A stretch of DNA of 26,260 bases, from positions 1 through 26,260 of IMG/VR virus record IMGVR_UViG_3300031565_006736; one strand, written 5' to 3'. The notes below the pieces were generated by a model. That model was not told the origin of the DNA and did not search any database. It was given only the letters and a program-made list of their open reading frames with translations. Positions 1 to 8,176 of the stretch are shown in pieces (position 1 is the first letter of the stretch; every line of letters begins with the position of its first letter). The translations under genes were made by a program, and so were the position numbers. Origin of the DNA: a virus (taxonomy: Duplodnaviria; Caudoviricetes).

Positions 1-51
1 ATCCCAATATTGTCCACCCACGCAAATAACAACGGTTGCAATGTATTACCA

Positions 52-315
52 TCAGAATGCCTTTCTGTGTTTTGGATCAGTTGGATCAGGACTCCAATCC
101 AATGTCAATGGTTGGCTGCGTGCACCTACTGGGATCTCACTTCCAGCAGGTTTGCCAATGTTGCGCAATGCAGTCGTAGCAACCTCACCTGTCACTTTGG
201 CTCGTGGATTCTGTTCTAACAAATCACCAATCTTGACCATAAGTGCAATGTAAGTGCCATGTGTACAATTGTGCTTAACATTATCAATCAATTTGGTGGC
301 ACTCTTTGTAGCCAT
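52..315 (-). CDS. Hypothetical phage protein (87 aa)
   Basis: ORF preceded by an AAAGGAA SD-like sequence; co-oriented with all other genes; no motif recognised. Confidence 0.65.
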   Translation of the reverse strand: MATKSATKLIDNVKHNCTHGTYIALMVKIGDLLEQNPRAKVTGEVATTALRNIGKPAGSEIPVGARSQPLTLDWSPDPTDPKHRKAF

Positions 316-424
316 CGCAATTCCTTTCTTCCATAGGGTTAATATCGTCTAAGGGTAGTACGGCAGTCAATGTTCTTTTATGCAGGTTACGGACATCCTG
401 CTACTGTCCATTGGCTCCAATGCC

Positions 425-454
425 AATCTTTTGGCCCAAGTTAGCCAAAAGATT
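425..454. repeat. Perfect 11-bp inverted repeat / hairpin
   Basis: AATCTTTTGGC-N8-GCCAAAAGATT, about 30 nt downstream of the tRNA-like element on the minus strand; could be a terminator, processing hairpin or operator. Confidence 0.6.
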
Positions 455-482
455 CATCGGCCACCACGACAATCGGTTTCAG

Positions 483-556
483 TGGCAGGAGCAAGATTTG
501 AACATCGCTCCTCTGATCCGCAGATCAGTATCCTACCATACCTAGACGATCCTGCC
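483..556 (-). tRNA. Atypical tRNA / tRNA-like cloverleaf (nominal anticodon GCG, non-canonical anticodon loop)
   Basis: Minus strand GGCAGGA-TC-GTCT(AGGTATGGTA)GGAT-A-CTGAT(CTGCGG)ATCAG-AGGA-GCGA[T]G(TTCAAAT)CTTGC-TCCTGCC-A. Perfect 7-bp acceptor stem, T8, A14, D-loop GG and TTCRA T-loop; but a 6-nt anticodon loop, a bulged T stem and no encoded CCA. Confidence 0.7.
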
Positions 557-752
557 AAATTGCCTGCCCACAGGCATCCCACCAGATAGGGGAACCACCT
601 ATCCGTCCCTCACCATTGGTTAGATGGATCGCAGGGCCACGGATAAATGCCGTCGCAGACTTGATCTGGTCACACATTGTTAAGGTGGCAACTAGGGTTA
701 CAGGACTGGTACTCACCACTGTTGCTGTCACCACCAGCATTTGTTGCCATAT

Positions 753-911
753 CTAGAAGTCAGTGTTGAATTGCTCACCGTGTGGCGAGAAGTCGCAGAT
801 GCGAGAAACGAAGGCATCGTGCTCCTGGATGTGGCGCACGTGCAACCAAAGCGAGACCATATCTGCAACCACGAATCCAATCACCGCAATCAAAATCAAA
901 ATGCTAATCAT
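753..911 (-). CDS. Small membrane-anchored hypothetical protein
   Basis: GGAGG SD before the ATG at 911; hydrophobic N-terminus MISILILIAVIGFVVA. Confidence 0.55.
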   Translation of the reverse strand: MISILILIAVIGFVVADMVSLWLHVRHIQEHDAFVSRICDFSPHGEQFNTDF

Positions 912-912
912 C

Positions 913-1254
913 TCAACCTCCCAATGCTGGCACACCCCAGTGCATCACGTGACACACTGGCTTGCCGCAGAAGAATCCTGTCTCTACAATCCAGGTGCCT
1001 TCCGGGATATCAATGTACTTGTTGACCATATCACCCGGCTTACAACCATTCCACTCGCCACCACACTGGAATGCGCCAGTGTCATCATTGCGAAAAGCGG
1101 TGTATGTCATATCCTCTGCAAAGTACAACTTCTTGCCAGCCATCTGGTCAAACGTGACATACCGCGTGCGGCACCATTTCATCCAATCAAAGGTGAATTC
1201 TTGCACCTTTGCAGGGAACTCTTTGATTTGTGCTTTTGTCACTTTGGTGTACAT
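913..1254 (-). CDS. Hypothetical phage protein (113 aa)
   Basis: GAGGA SD and GTG start; abuts both neighbours. Confidence 0.7.
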   Translation of the reverse strand: MYTKVTKAQIKEFPAKVQEFTFDWMKWCRTRYVTFDQMAGKKLYFAEDMTYTAFRNDDTGAFQCGGEWNGCKPGDMVNKYIDIPEGTWIVETGFFCGKPVCHVMHWGVPALGG

Positions 1255-1260
1255 AACAAC

Positions 1261-1503
1261 CTATTCCTCTACATTCTTGGCACGTTCCAAAGCCTTCGCA
1301 ACCATCTGGTATGCATCACGAGACAGCAGGAATCCTGTCTTGCCGTAGACAGTCAATGTTATCTCAGTGCAATCAGCATCCACCGCTTCCAAGGCTGCAA
1401 CCAACTCTTGGTAGCAAATATCATGATGACATACTTCAGCATATTGACGTGCTTTGGTCTCAGAGTTGGCCTTCCGATACGCATACCGCTCCTCATTGTT
1501 CAT
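1261..1503 (-). CDS. Hypothetical phage protein (80 aa)
   Basis: Strong AAGGAGG SD upstream of the ATG. Confidence 0.7.
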   Translation of the reverse strand: MNNEERYAYRKANSETKARQYAEVCHHDICYQELVAALEAVDADCTEITLTVYGKTGFLLSRDAYQMVAKALERAKNVEE

Positions 1504-1520
1504 CTCAATCCTCCTTCACC

Positions 1521-1565
1521 TTAATCTACCACAATCATACTCCTGCAAGGTAAACAACAGGTAAA
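1521..1565 (-). promoter_or_regulatory. Possible sigma70-type (extended -10) promoter for the 1503->52 gene group
   Basis: TATGAT and TG-G-TAGATT boxes in the only non-coding gap upstream of the AAGGAGG SD; no convincing -35. Confidence 0.3.
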
Positions 1566-1583
1566 GAAATTCATAAGATTCTA

Positions 1584-1658
1584 TTAAAACCTGCCCTTGG
1601 CCCATTGTATCAGCAGCCAAACAATTAGGATTATGAACAAGGCAACTCCACATTCCAT
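1584..1658 (-). CDS. Micro-ORF, 24-aa single-TM peptide MECGVALFIILIVWLLIQWAKGRF
   Basis: Translated by hand; GAGGA SD; hydrophobic core with a basic C-terminus. Confidence 0.45.
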   Translation of the reverse strand: MECGVALFIILIVWLLIQWAKGRF

Positions 1659-1666
1659 AATGTTCC

Positions 1667-1753
1667 TCACAGTGCATAAGTGCCAAAGAACAATATACAG
1701 CAAATGTAGATGCACAAAGCCAGTGCCAAAATGCCAAATATCTTGATGGTCAA
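1667..1753 (-). CDS. Micro-ORF, 28-aa hydrophobic peptide MTIKIFGILALALCIYICCILFFGTYAL
   Basis: Translated by hand; TTG start overlaps the terminase TGA (TTGA coupling). Confidence 0.35.
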   Translation of the reverse strand: MTIKIFGILALALCIYICCILFFGTYAL

Positions 1754-3297
1754 ATGTTTAATGTGAGACATTCATCCACCGCCATTGACAATGCCACTGT
1801 CAGGTCAATTGGTTTGTTGGCAGCCTTCTTCATGAACCGCATATGCTGCCCTTCTTCCTTCTTGGCAGTGTTGCGAATGTGCTCACGCATCATAGGATCC
1901 CCAGAATGCAGGAATTGCCTGTGGATTATCATATCATACAACTGCCTATCGGACATCAACCTTCTTCCGGCCTGGTTGAATGACTTGAATGGTGCAATGC
2001 CTTGTATCTGCATGTCCGTTGCCAGTTTATGCATCTGGTATGGATCATACACTACCATGTACACATTATAATCATCACACAGTTTTCTAATTGCTGGCTC
2101 AATGGTTTGCGTGAAGTCCAGTGGGTGCCCAGGCATGGGAGTGAATGCAATGACCGCACGCTCCACTACACGTCTGAATTCAGCATCCCAAGCATCCTCC
2201 GGGTGCCTTGATACAGCAACGACAGCAGCACAGTCGGCTGCATATCCAGCATCAACACCAACAATGATTGGTGTCATGTCACCTCTCTGTAATGGCCCAG
2301 CAAGCGGATCCCTACACCGATCCCAATATATCATGTCCTCAAACAGTGCAGTTGTTGACGTCACCCATTGGTTGCGATGGACACGCAGGAATTCATTTGG
2401 CGTCAGCAACTTCTCTTCAGCTGCATAGTATTCCTTTGATTGCCATGGCATTCTTGGCTCATGTGACCAGAATGTCAATTGGTTTGACACTCTGTTGACA
2501 TACACGGGCATGTCAGGGAATAGTGGGTGACGTTCGCCATGGTTGACACCAACATCATACAATTGCCACAGCGTGTTGGACTCACCCTCATATCCAGCAT
2601 AACTTTCCACCCATCGTAGGGCATAACCATACAAAGTTGGTGGGATTGTCAATTCAGTCCAGATGCGTTCTTTGTGTTTTTGAGCATACCCCCAAAGTTC
2701 TGACCAAATGCTCATCAATGGTTCAGAACCTGCCTCTCCTTCTGCATCGCAAGGAATAGCCTCTATGACTGCACCGCTTGGAAGCGCAATCTTGGGAGGA
2801 GAATATGTGGCTTTACAATTTTGATATCTTCCACCCAGTTTTTTGTGTAAAGTTATGCACCTTGCCATGGCATTGAAGATACGATCTTGAGATTGTTTAC
2901 CATCATTTGCCAGGCAATAGATGTGGGATGCCTCATTGATCTCAGCCATGTACATGCCGACTGCTGCAGCGACGGCTGTCTTACCAGATTTCTTAGGTTC
3001 TGACCATACAACAGTGCTGTACTTTAGTTTGCCATCCCCATCACGTGCCAATGCTTCCTTGAGGATACGCTTTTGATAATCCGCAAGCCTGATTGGCCCA
3101 GCCTGCAAGACAGCAGCATCCTTGGGATTGCGAGGACGATCAACCAAGAAGTTGTCTTCGATCCACTCAATGACATCAACAGTGTCATCGCCACGGATAG
3201 GATCCAGCAATGATAATTTTGATGCCCACTCATTGGCGAGCGTTGCCATCAGCGACTTTGGTGGTTCTGGTGTTGCTATGTGGCTCAGAAGTGTCAT
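1750..3297 (-). CDS. terL: Phage terminase large subunit
   Basis: Q-motif LADYQ; Walker A EPKKSGKT; Walker B-like SIWSE; R-x-x-x-N-x-W linker; RNase H-fold nuclease motifs IIVGVDAG, VVYDPYQ and IDLTVALSMA; 515 aa. Confidence 0.92.
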   Translation of the reverse strand: MTLLSHIATPEPPKSLMATLANEWASKLSLLDPIRGDDTVDVIEWIEDNFLVDRPRNPKDAAVLQAGPIRLADYQKRILKEALARDGDGKLKYSTVVWSEPKKSGKTAVAAAVGMYMAEINEASHIYCLANDGKQSQDRIFNAMARCITLHKKLGGRYQNCKATYSPPKIALPSGAVIEAIPCDAEGEAGSEPLMSIWSELWGYAQKHKERIWTELTIPPTLYGYALRWVESYAGYEGESNTLWQLYDVGVNHGERHPLFPDMPVYVNRVSNQLTFWSHEPRMPWQSKEYYAAEEKLLTPNEFLRVHRNQWVTSTTALFEDMIYWDRCRDPLAGPLQRGDMTPIIVGVDAGYAADCAAVVAVSRHPEDAWDAEFRRVVERAVIAFTPMPGHPLDFTQTIEPAIRKLCDDYNVYMVVYDPYQMHKLATDMQIQGIAPFKSFNQAGRRLMSDRQLYDMIIHRQFLHSGDPMMREHIRNTAKKEEGQHMRFMKKAANKPIDLTVALSMAVDECLTLNI

Positions 3298-3431
3298 CTA
3301 ATGACTCCCAAACGCTTCAATATGCGTCTGAACCATGGCACAAATGGATATGGTCTACCGACGATCAACCCACTGGCAGCCATGTTCCTCACTATGCGCT
3401 TTGGCAATTTGTCAGGCTTTTGTTTCTTCAT
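3294..3431 (-). CDS. Micro-ORF, 45-aa basic protein MKKQKPDKLPKRIVRNMAASGLIVGRPYPFVPWFRRILKRLGVIR
   Basis: Translated by hand; fills the gap exactly; its stop overlaps the terL start (ATGA). Confidence 0.5.
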   Translation of the reverse strand: MKKQKPDKLPKRIVRNMAASGLIVGRPYPFVPWFRRILKRLGVIR

Positions 3432-3747
3432 CCTTCACCACCATAAGATCATCCAATCCTGGCATCACAACAATTGGTACTGGCTTCCCTTGTCGTCTTG
3501 CCAATACTTCAGCGGGAGTGAAGAAACCATTCCCATCTGCCAAATCCTCGAGCATGGCAATATCATTTGGGCAGGGTTTGGTAACATTTGCCATCAGTAG
3601 GATGATACGCATTTCATTACCATGTTCATCTGCACATTTGACCAATGCATATTCTTTGACTGTGCGTGCAATTTCAGCATCCATCATGGTGATGGAAATG
3701 ATCTTCTTGCCAATCAATGCTTCTATAGAGGATAGAATGTCAGTCAT
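3412..3747 (-). CDS. Hypothetical phage protein (111 aa)
   Basis: GGAG SD; coupled to neighbours. Confidence 0.65.
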   Translation of the reverse strand: MTDILSSIEALIGKKIISITMMDAEIARTVKEYALVKCADEHGNEMRIILLMANVTKPCPNDIAMLEDLADGNGFFTPAEVLARRQGKPVPIVVMPGLDDLMVVKDEETKA

Positions 3748-3877
3748 GCTTGCTCCAACGCCACTGCACTCTCACCTTGAATGGAACAACATCCAAGTCC
3801 AACCAATATGCTTGCACCAAACGCAGTGCATACAATATTCTAACCAACCACCACTCAAATGCTATCTTCCCTTGCAT
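3740..3877 (-). CDS. Micro-ORF, 45-aa Trp-rich protein MQGKIAFEWWLVRILYALRLVQAYWLDLDVVPFKVRVQWRWSKHD
   Basis: Translated by hand; GAGGA SD; overlaps both neighbours by a few bases. Confidence 0.5.
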   Translation of the reverse strand: MQGKIAFEWWLVRILYALRLVQAYWLDLDVVPFKVRVQWRWSKHD

Positions 3878-4896
3878 CTTGATTCCTCTAGAAACGTAAT
3901 ATACTTTGGCACCACTATGGCAGGTGAGTGATTGGCAAGTATGGCACTAGCATTCCTAACAATATCCATGCACTCATCACGGTGCAAATTCTCAACGAAG
4001 TCCACCAAATCTTTCACAGTCCCCACTGCCAAACAATTGACATCATCCTCAAATACACCACCCTCCAATAGCCAATCTTTGTGCAAAATCAATACAGCAC
4101 CAGCATCGATGGCTTCTAAAAAGCAATACTGTGTACCACCACCATCACCATGAATTACACTCATATCCACAACAAATTCAGCATTGCTGGCAAGCATGAC
4201 AGCAAACCCAGGAATAGCAGGAAATGGACCGAAATAGTATGGGCCTGTATAGTATCTGCCTTCCCAACCATCATATTTGCCAAGGATCTTGTTGTACAAA
4301 TACATTCGATTGTGATTGGATCCCCACATATATATCTTGTTGCGTGGTGACAACTTTTCATTTGCCTCCACTATCATATGAGTATTTTTGTCCCAATCCA
4401 ACCTGGAAAGTGAGACAGCCTTTGTATAGCGCCGACCATCCTTTGGTGTACAAGCCACATATGGGTGCTGTATAAACTTGGCCTGTACACCATACTTTGT
4501 CAACATTCCCACATTTGCCTCACGTATCACGATGGGGCATATGTTCATAGTCTTCAATATAGCATCGAAACCACGATCCATCTCAGTCCAATCATGGATT
4601 ACCACTTGTGCACCTGCCTCCAATAGTGCATCTATATTGGCAGTGTCTTTGGCATATTCGGTGCATGTTATGAGCGATGGAACATTTCTAACAACGTCAA
4701 TGGCATCATCCAAGCATAGGTTGCGATACGTAACGCCACAACCAAAGTCACGGCATTTATTCTCAGTCCTGGCACGAACTTTGTATACCTGTGCGTTGTA
4801 TCCCATGCAGCACATTGCATTGCAGAGGTGTTGTGTGAATGTTGGAAAACCACCATACTTGTATGAGGACATATAGAACAATGCTATGTCATCCAT
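3862..4896 (-). CDS. GT-B fold (GT4-like) glycosyltransferase
   Basis: N-terminal YGG motif; SLSRLDWDKN (typical GR-x4-K region); GGTQYCFLEAIDAG donor-binding region; C-terminal helix typical of GT-B. Confidence 0.75.
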   Translation of the reverse strand: MDDIALFYMSSYKYGGFPTFTQHLCNAMCCMGYNAQVYKVRARTENKCRDFGCGVTYRNLCLDDAIDVVRNVPSLITCTEYAKDTANIDALLEAGAQVVIHDWTEMDRGFDAILKTMNICPIVIREANVGMLTKYGVQAKFIQHPYVACTPKDGRRYTKAVSLSRLDWDKNTHMIVEANEKLSPRNKIYMWGSNHNRMYLYNKILGKYDGWEGRYYTGPYYFGPFPAIPGFAVMLASNAEFVVDMSVIHGDGGGTQYCFLEAIDAGAVLILHKDWLLEGGVFEDDVNCLAVGTVKDLVDFVENLHRDECMDIVRNASAILANHSPAIVVPKYITFLEESRCKGR

Positions 4897-4898
4897 CT

Positions 4899-5804
4899 CT
4901 AATCTACCTTTCGTTTGGCATTCTCAATCACATCAAAGTCCGTCGTGTCGGGAGCATGGTATTTTGGCAGCAATCCCACACGACTCCCAGAACCAGCGTT
5001 ACATCTGTTACAAGGAATGAATGTCCTTTTGCGGGAGTACAAAATACGACGTGCAGACTCAAATATGGCACCAGTCCACACATCTTCCACATGTTCATGC
5101 ATCACGTTCCCACATACCAGTTCGTGTTTCCAATCCATACAACATATACATACATCACCATTGTAACAAATACTCATTTCACGAAAAGGGAGCGTGCAAA
5201 CCTTGTCCAAAGATCTATTGACAGGTGGTTGGGCATTACCAGCGTGATTCATTATCACTCTGGACCGCTTTTGGCCATCACGTTTGCCAAGATCATCCAT
5301 TAAGATAACGATTGGACCCAATTTGCGATGATAATTATGCCAAGGAGATGGACAATTATCATTATCATAGAAATCATACACAGGCACAGTGGTGTTGCTT
5401 TGCACCAATTCTCTCAGACCATCACGCTCTGGATAATATGTATCTACTAAGATGATATCTATGCCAAGGTCGAAAATATCATTCAATGAGTGTTTGTTGG
5501 TTATCAATGATTGACCATTTGTTGTTATTTGGAACTGTGTCTTTGGGAGGCAATTCCGAAACATTGTCACTATGGAATCGAACTTAGGATGCAAGGTTGG
5601 CTCGCCATGCATAGCAAACTCGATCCTGGCATCTGGACAATAGTGTTTAATACCATCAGCAATGTGTTTGGCTATACCATAGTCCATGTATCGCAAATCA
5701 TCCATGGGATGTTTGCGTATGGCTTTGATTCCACAGAACCAGCATCTGCGATTACAACCTTCCACAAGTTCTATCTGAATTGACCAAGGCTTTTGTATAT
5801 CCAT
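4899..5804 (-). CDS. Radical SAM protein with SPASM/twitch domain
   Basis: CNRRCWFC (CxxxCxxC), HGEPTL, ITTNG; C-terminal CTLPF...NGDVCICC...GN...CNRC. Confidence 0.9.
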   Translation of the reverse strand: MDIQKPWSIQIELVEGCNRRCWFCGIKAIRKHPMDDLRYMDYGIAKHIADGIKHYCPDARIEFAMHGEPTLHPKFDSIVTMFRNCLPKTQFQITTNGQSLITNKHSLNDIFDLGIDIILVDTYYPERDGLRELVQSNTTVPVYDFYDNDNCPSPWHNYHRKLGPIVILMDDLGKRDGQKRSRVIMNHAGNAQPPVNRSLDKVCTLPFREMSICYNGDVCICCMDWKHELVCGNVMHEHVEDVWTGAIFESARRILYSRKRTFIPCNRCNAGSGSRVGLLPKYHAPDTTDFDVIENAKRKVD

Positions 5805-5822
5805 CTACATATACCTAACCGG
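5804..5822 (-). promoter_or_regulatory. Conserved intergenic motif, copy 1 (CCGGTTAGGTATATGTAGA)
   Basis: Near-identical to the copies at 17201, 22523 and 24440; directly precedes the radical SAM ATG. Confidence 0.6.
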
Positions 5823-5826
5823 TTGT

Positions 5827-6084
5827 TTATATGCTATCTTCCCTTGCATCTAACACATCCATAACCCATTTGATTGCAGGACGCAACTCAGGAGTTGGAC
5901 TCTCACCTAACATTATGGCAAGGATACGTTCAGTGGCCTTGCGCTTGGCCCAATAGTGCATCACCAAGTATAACATTAGAACCAATTCAGCTGCATGAAA
6001 TCCTGTCTCAGCACTGTGGAATGCAATAGCAGATCCCAGGCCTGCCAACAATGCCAAGAAGATTGTCATTGCAATGTCTTCCAT
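5827..6084 (-). CDS. Small two-TM membrane protein
   Basis: Two hydrophobic stretches; the ATG at 6084 overlaps the upstream TAA (TAATG). Confidence 0.6.
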   Translation of the reverse strand: MEDIAMTIFLALLAGLGSAIAFHSAETGFHAAELVLMLYLVMHYWAKRKATERILAIMLGESPTPELRPAIKWVMDVLDAREDSI

Positions 6085-7295
6085 TATGATCCTTCCTGGT
6101 ACCACTGATGATAATGCCCTATACCTTCTGGACCACCTTCACCAAATTGAGCAACACCTTCCACCCTTGCTTGAGAACCAGGAATGTTGCCTGCAATTAC
6201 AAACTCTCCTTCAGTTAAGCATCCAAATCCCGTTCTCGCTGTTCCAACCACATTTCTAACAGGAACATCCATTGCAACCACAATGCCTCGCAACAATCCT
6301 GCATCTTTGCCAAATCTCGCTGCCTCATCTCTTGACACACTCCAGGATTCTATTGCATTGCCTTGATAATCTACAAGATCACCCGGCTTCCAATCACCAA
6401 CTGATTCCTCACTACGATGGAAACCACGATACAGACGGATTGTGTCATCTGGTTGGAAGCCAGTCTGTTGTAGAGCCTGTTGAGTATTGTCATACATTGC
6501 TCTGATGATTGCCTTGTTGTTATCCATAGTTTGTGGAGATGGAGGAGCAAGTCCAGGATAATTATTACGCATGTAATCCTGTATCAACTGTTCACCGGTT
6601 GGCCATATTCTAACATTGGAACTTGTCTCTTCATACTTTTCTGCCATACCATCCACACTCTCTTGTTGCCATTCACTCAACTCTAGACCTAATTCTTCGG
6701 CAGCAGCCATCTGAAGAGCAAAAGCACGCATATCATTGTCATTGGATGTCTTAGACCATTGTTCAATCAAGTCATTGACTTCTGCTTGATATAATCCAGT
6801 GCGTCCAGCCAAATCAACGCAGATGCCTGCCTTGATTGCAGAACGAGTGCCAGCGGATGCAGCAGACCATGCAGAAACCATGCTGCCTGGAACATCCACA
6901 AACATGCCCGATTCATCTGCCCCAGGCAATCCTGTACTTAGAAATGCACTCGCATAATCATTAGAAATATCAGCCTTCATACTATCAATTGTCAACCCAC
7001 CAGGCTTGAATCCTGCACCTGCAAATGCTGTTCCACCAGCAGTGGAGGAACCACCAACCAGACCAGGACGACCAGCATGTCCATAGTTGCCAGAGCCTGG
7101 TCCGCCTTTTATTGCTATTGGGATAACAACTTTGTTTGACACCAACTTCCATCCTGGCCTTGCCATGATGGAATATATGGAATGCGTTGGGCCAACAAAC
7201 CCTTTACCATCCTCGACATGCCCTTGGGCATTTTCCCCATCATCCAATATGAGTGATAATGTATCATTGGTTGCAATTACTCTTTTATTGACCAT
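6084..7295 (-). CDS. GGPGSG-tag protein with a C-terminal R-S-E ADP-ribosyltransferase domain
   Basis: Tag at aa 64-83; C-terminal IRLYRG, ESWS and EGEFVI match the R, S-x-S and E-x-E motifs of cholera-toxin-clade ARTs. Confidence 0.75.
   Translation of the reverse strand: MVNKRVIATNDTLSLILDDGENAQGHVEDGKGFVGPTHSIYSIMARPGWKLVSNKVVIPIAIKGGPGSGNYGHAGRPGLVGGSSTAGGTAFAGAGFKPGGLTIDSMKADISNDYASAFLSTGLPGADESGMFVDVPGSMVSAWSAASAGTRSAIKAGICVDLAGRTGLYQAEVNDLIEQWSKTSNDNDMRAFALQMAAAEELGLELSEWQQESVDGMAEKYEETSSNVRIWPTGEQLIQDYMRNNYPGLAPPSPQTMDNNKAIIRAMYDNTQQALQQTGFQPDDTIRLYRGFHRSEESVGDWKPGDLVDYQGNAIESWSVSRDEAARFGKDAGLLRGIVVAMDVPVRNVVGTARTGFGCLTEGEFVIAGNIPGSQARVEGVAQFGEGGPEGIGHYHQWYQEGS
7047..7106 (-). repeat. 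Coding repeat copy A: GGPGSGNYGHAGRPGLVGGS
   Basis: Same 20-aa peptide as at 8093-8152 and 9942-10001, with only synonymous nucleotide differences. Confidence 0.95.
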
Positions 7296-8176
7296 GATAT
7301 ACCTCGCGATTCTAATAGTGTTGTTGCTGCTATGCTAGGTTGTTCTGCAAATACAATTCTATCAATATCTGAAACCTGTACACCACCATGTACCTGTGCT
7401 TCCCAATATGTGCCTGAATCTGGACCACTTCCTTTCGGCCACAATTTGCCAAAATCTTCAGTTACTCCAAGCACATCCATACGTTGAGAAGTCTCAAACA
7501 TGGAATATATGGATGGATCCATTATTGGGGATGGAAACAGCCTCGGATTTTCTGTCAAATACCCAGAGGTATCCAAAGAATCACAATTGGTGAATGTGGT
7601 TCTATCTCGCACTGTGTCATCTCGCAAATACACTGCCACATTTCCATATTGGTCCAAATATACTGTTCCTAACCTTCCATCATCTCGTTGTGTAATGAAT
7701 CCATACACTGGAGGTTCTTCACCCCCAGATAGTCCCATTACATCTCTCTCAAATTCACCACGCAATTTGGGATCGTATTCACCACCACTGGTACCTGTTT
7801 CATGCTGTGTTTTTATTTTCCCATCTTCCAAAATCATCACCAAAGTTTCTTCTGTCACCCTAATTGCAACGCGAGACTCGTCCAACACGTTTAACAAATT
7901 AGAATTTGCTTCCTCTATGTAGGCATCAAAACTTCTCTCTTGTTCACCAGCACTTCGATTTGCATTTCTGTATTCCACATTCATCAATATTGAGGTTTTG
8001 CATTTATCCTTCGCTCTTAATGCCCAATCTGTCCCAGTACAAGCCAATACACTATCTGGAATGCCTACATACAGTGCACCACCAGCAGTGGAGGATCCTC
8101 CAACCAAACCTGGACGACCAGCATGGCCATAGTTTCCAGAACCTGGTCCGCCTTTGATCTTGATTCTCATCTTCAC
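7277..8176 (-). CDS. GGPGSG-tag protein with a DUF3626-like (possible ART-fold) domain
   Basis: Tag at aa 9-28; QHETGTSGG...R...E, PVYG, QYG, RTTFTNCDS and YWEAQVHGGV match my recollection of the DUF3626 motif series. Confidence 0.65.
   Translation of the reverse strand: MKMRIKIKGGPGSGNYGHAGRPGLVGGSSTAGGALYVGIPDSVLACTGTDWALRAKDKCKTSILMNVEYRNANRSAGEQERSFDAYIEEANSNLLNVLDESRVAIRVTEETLVMILEDGKIKTQHETGTSGGEYDPKLRGEFERDVMGLSGGEEPPVYGFITQRDDGRLGTVYLDQYGNVAVYLRDDTVRDRTTFTNCDSLDTSGYLTENPRLFPSPIMDPSIYSMFETSQRMDVLGVTEDFGKLWPKGSGPDSGTYWEAQVHGGVQVSDIDRIVFAEQPSIAATTLLESRGISWSIKE
8093..8152 (-). repeat. Coding repeat copy B: GGPGSGNYGHAGRPGLVGGS
   Basis: Identical peptide to copies A and C. Confidence 0.95.

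Noticed and set aside
341-370. TTGACT-N18-GATATT sigma70-like promoter upstream of 52-315
   Set aside because: The -10 match is poor; not supportable from sequence alone
370-401. preQ1-I riboswitch-like shape (5-bp stem, 10-nt loop, A-rich tail)
   Set aside because: It lacks the conserved loop U and the unpaired specificity C, and no queuosine genes lie downstream; kept only as part of the structured-region finding
525-740. 71-aa minus-strand ORF
   Set aside because: It overlaps the tRNA-like element and structured region and has no SD
1516-1737. 73-aa minus-strand ORF after terL
   Set aside because: TTG start without an SD; two shorter hydrophobic ORFs in another frame explain the region better
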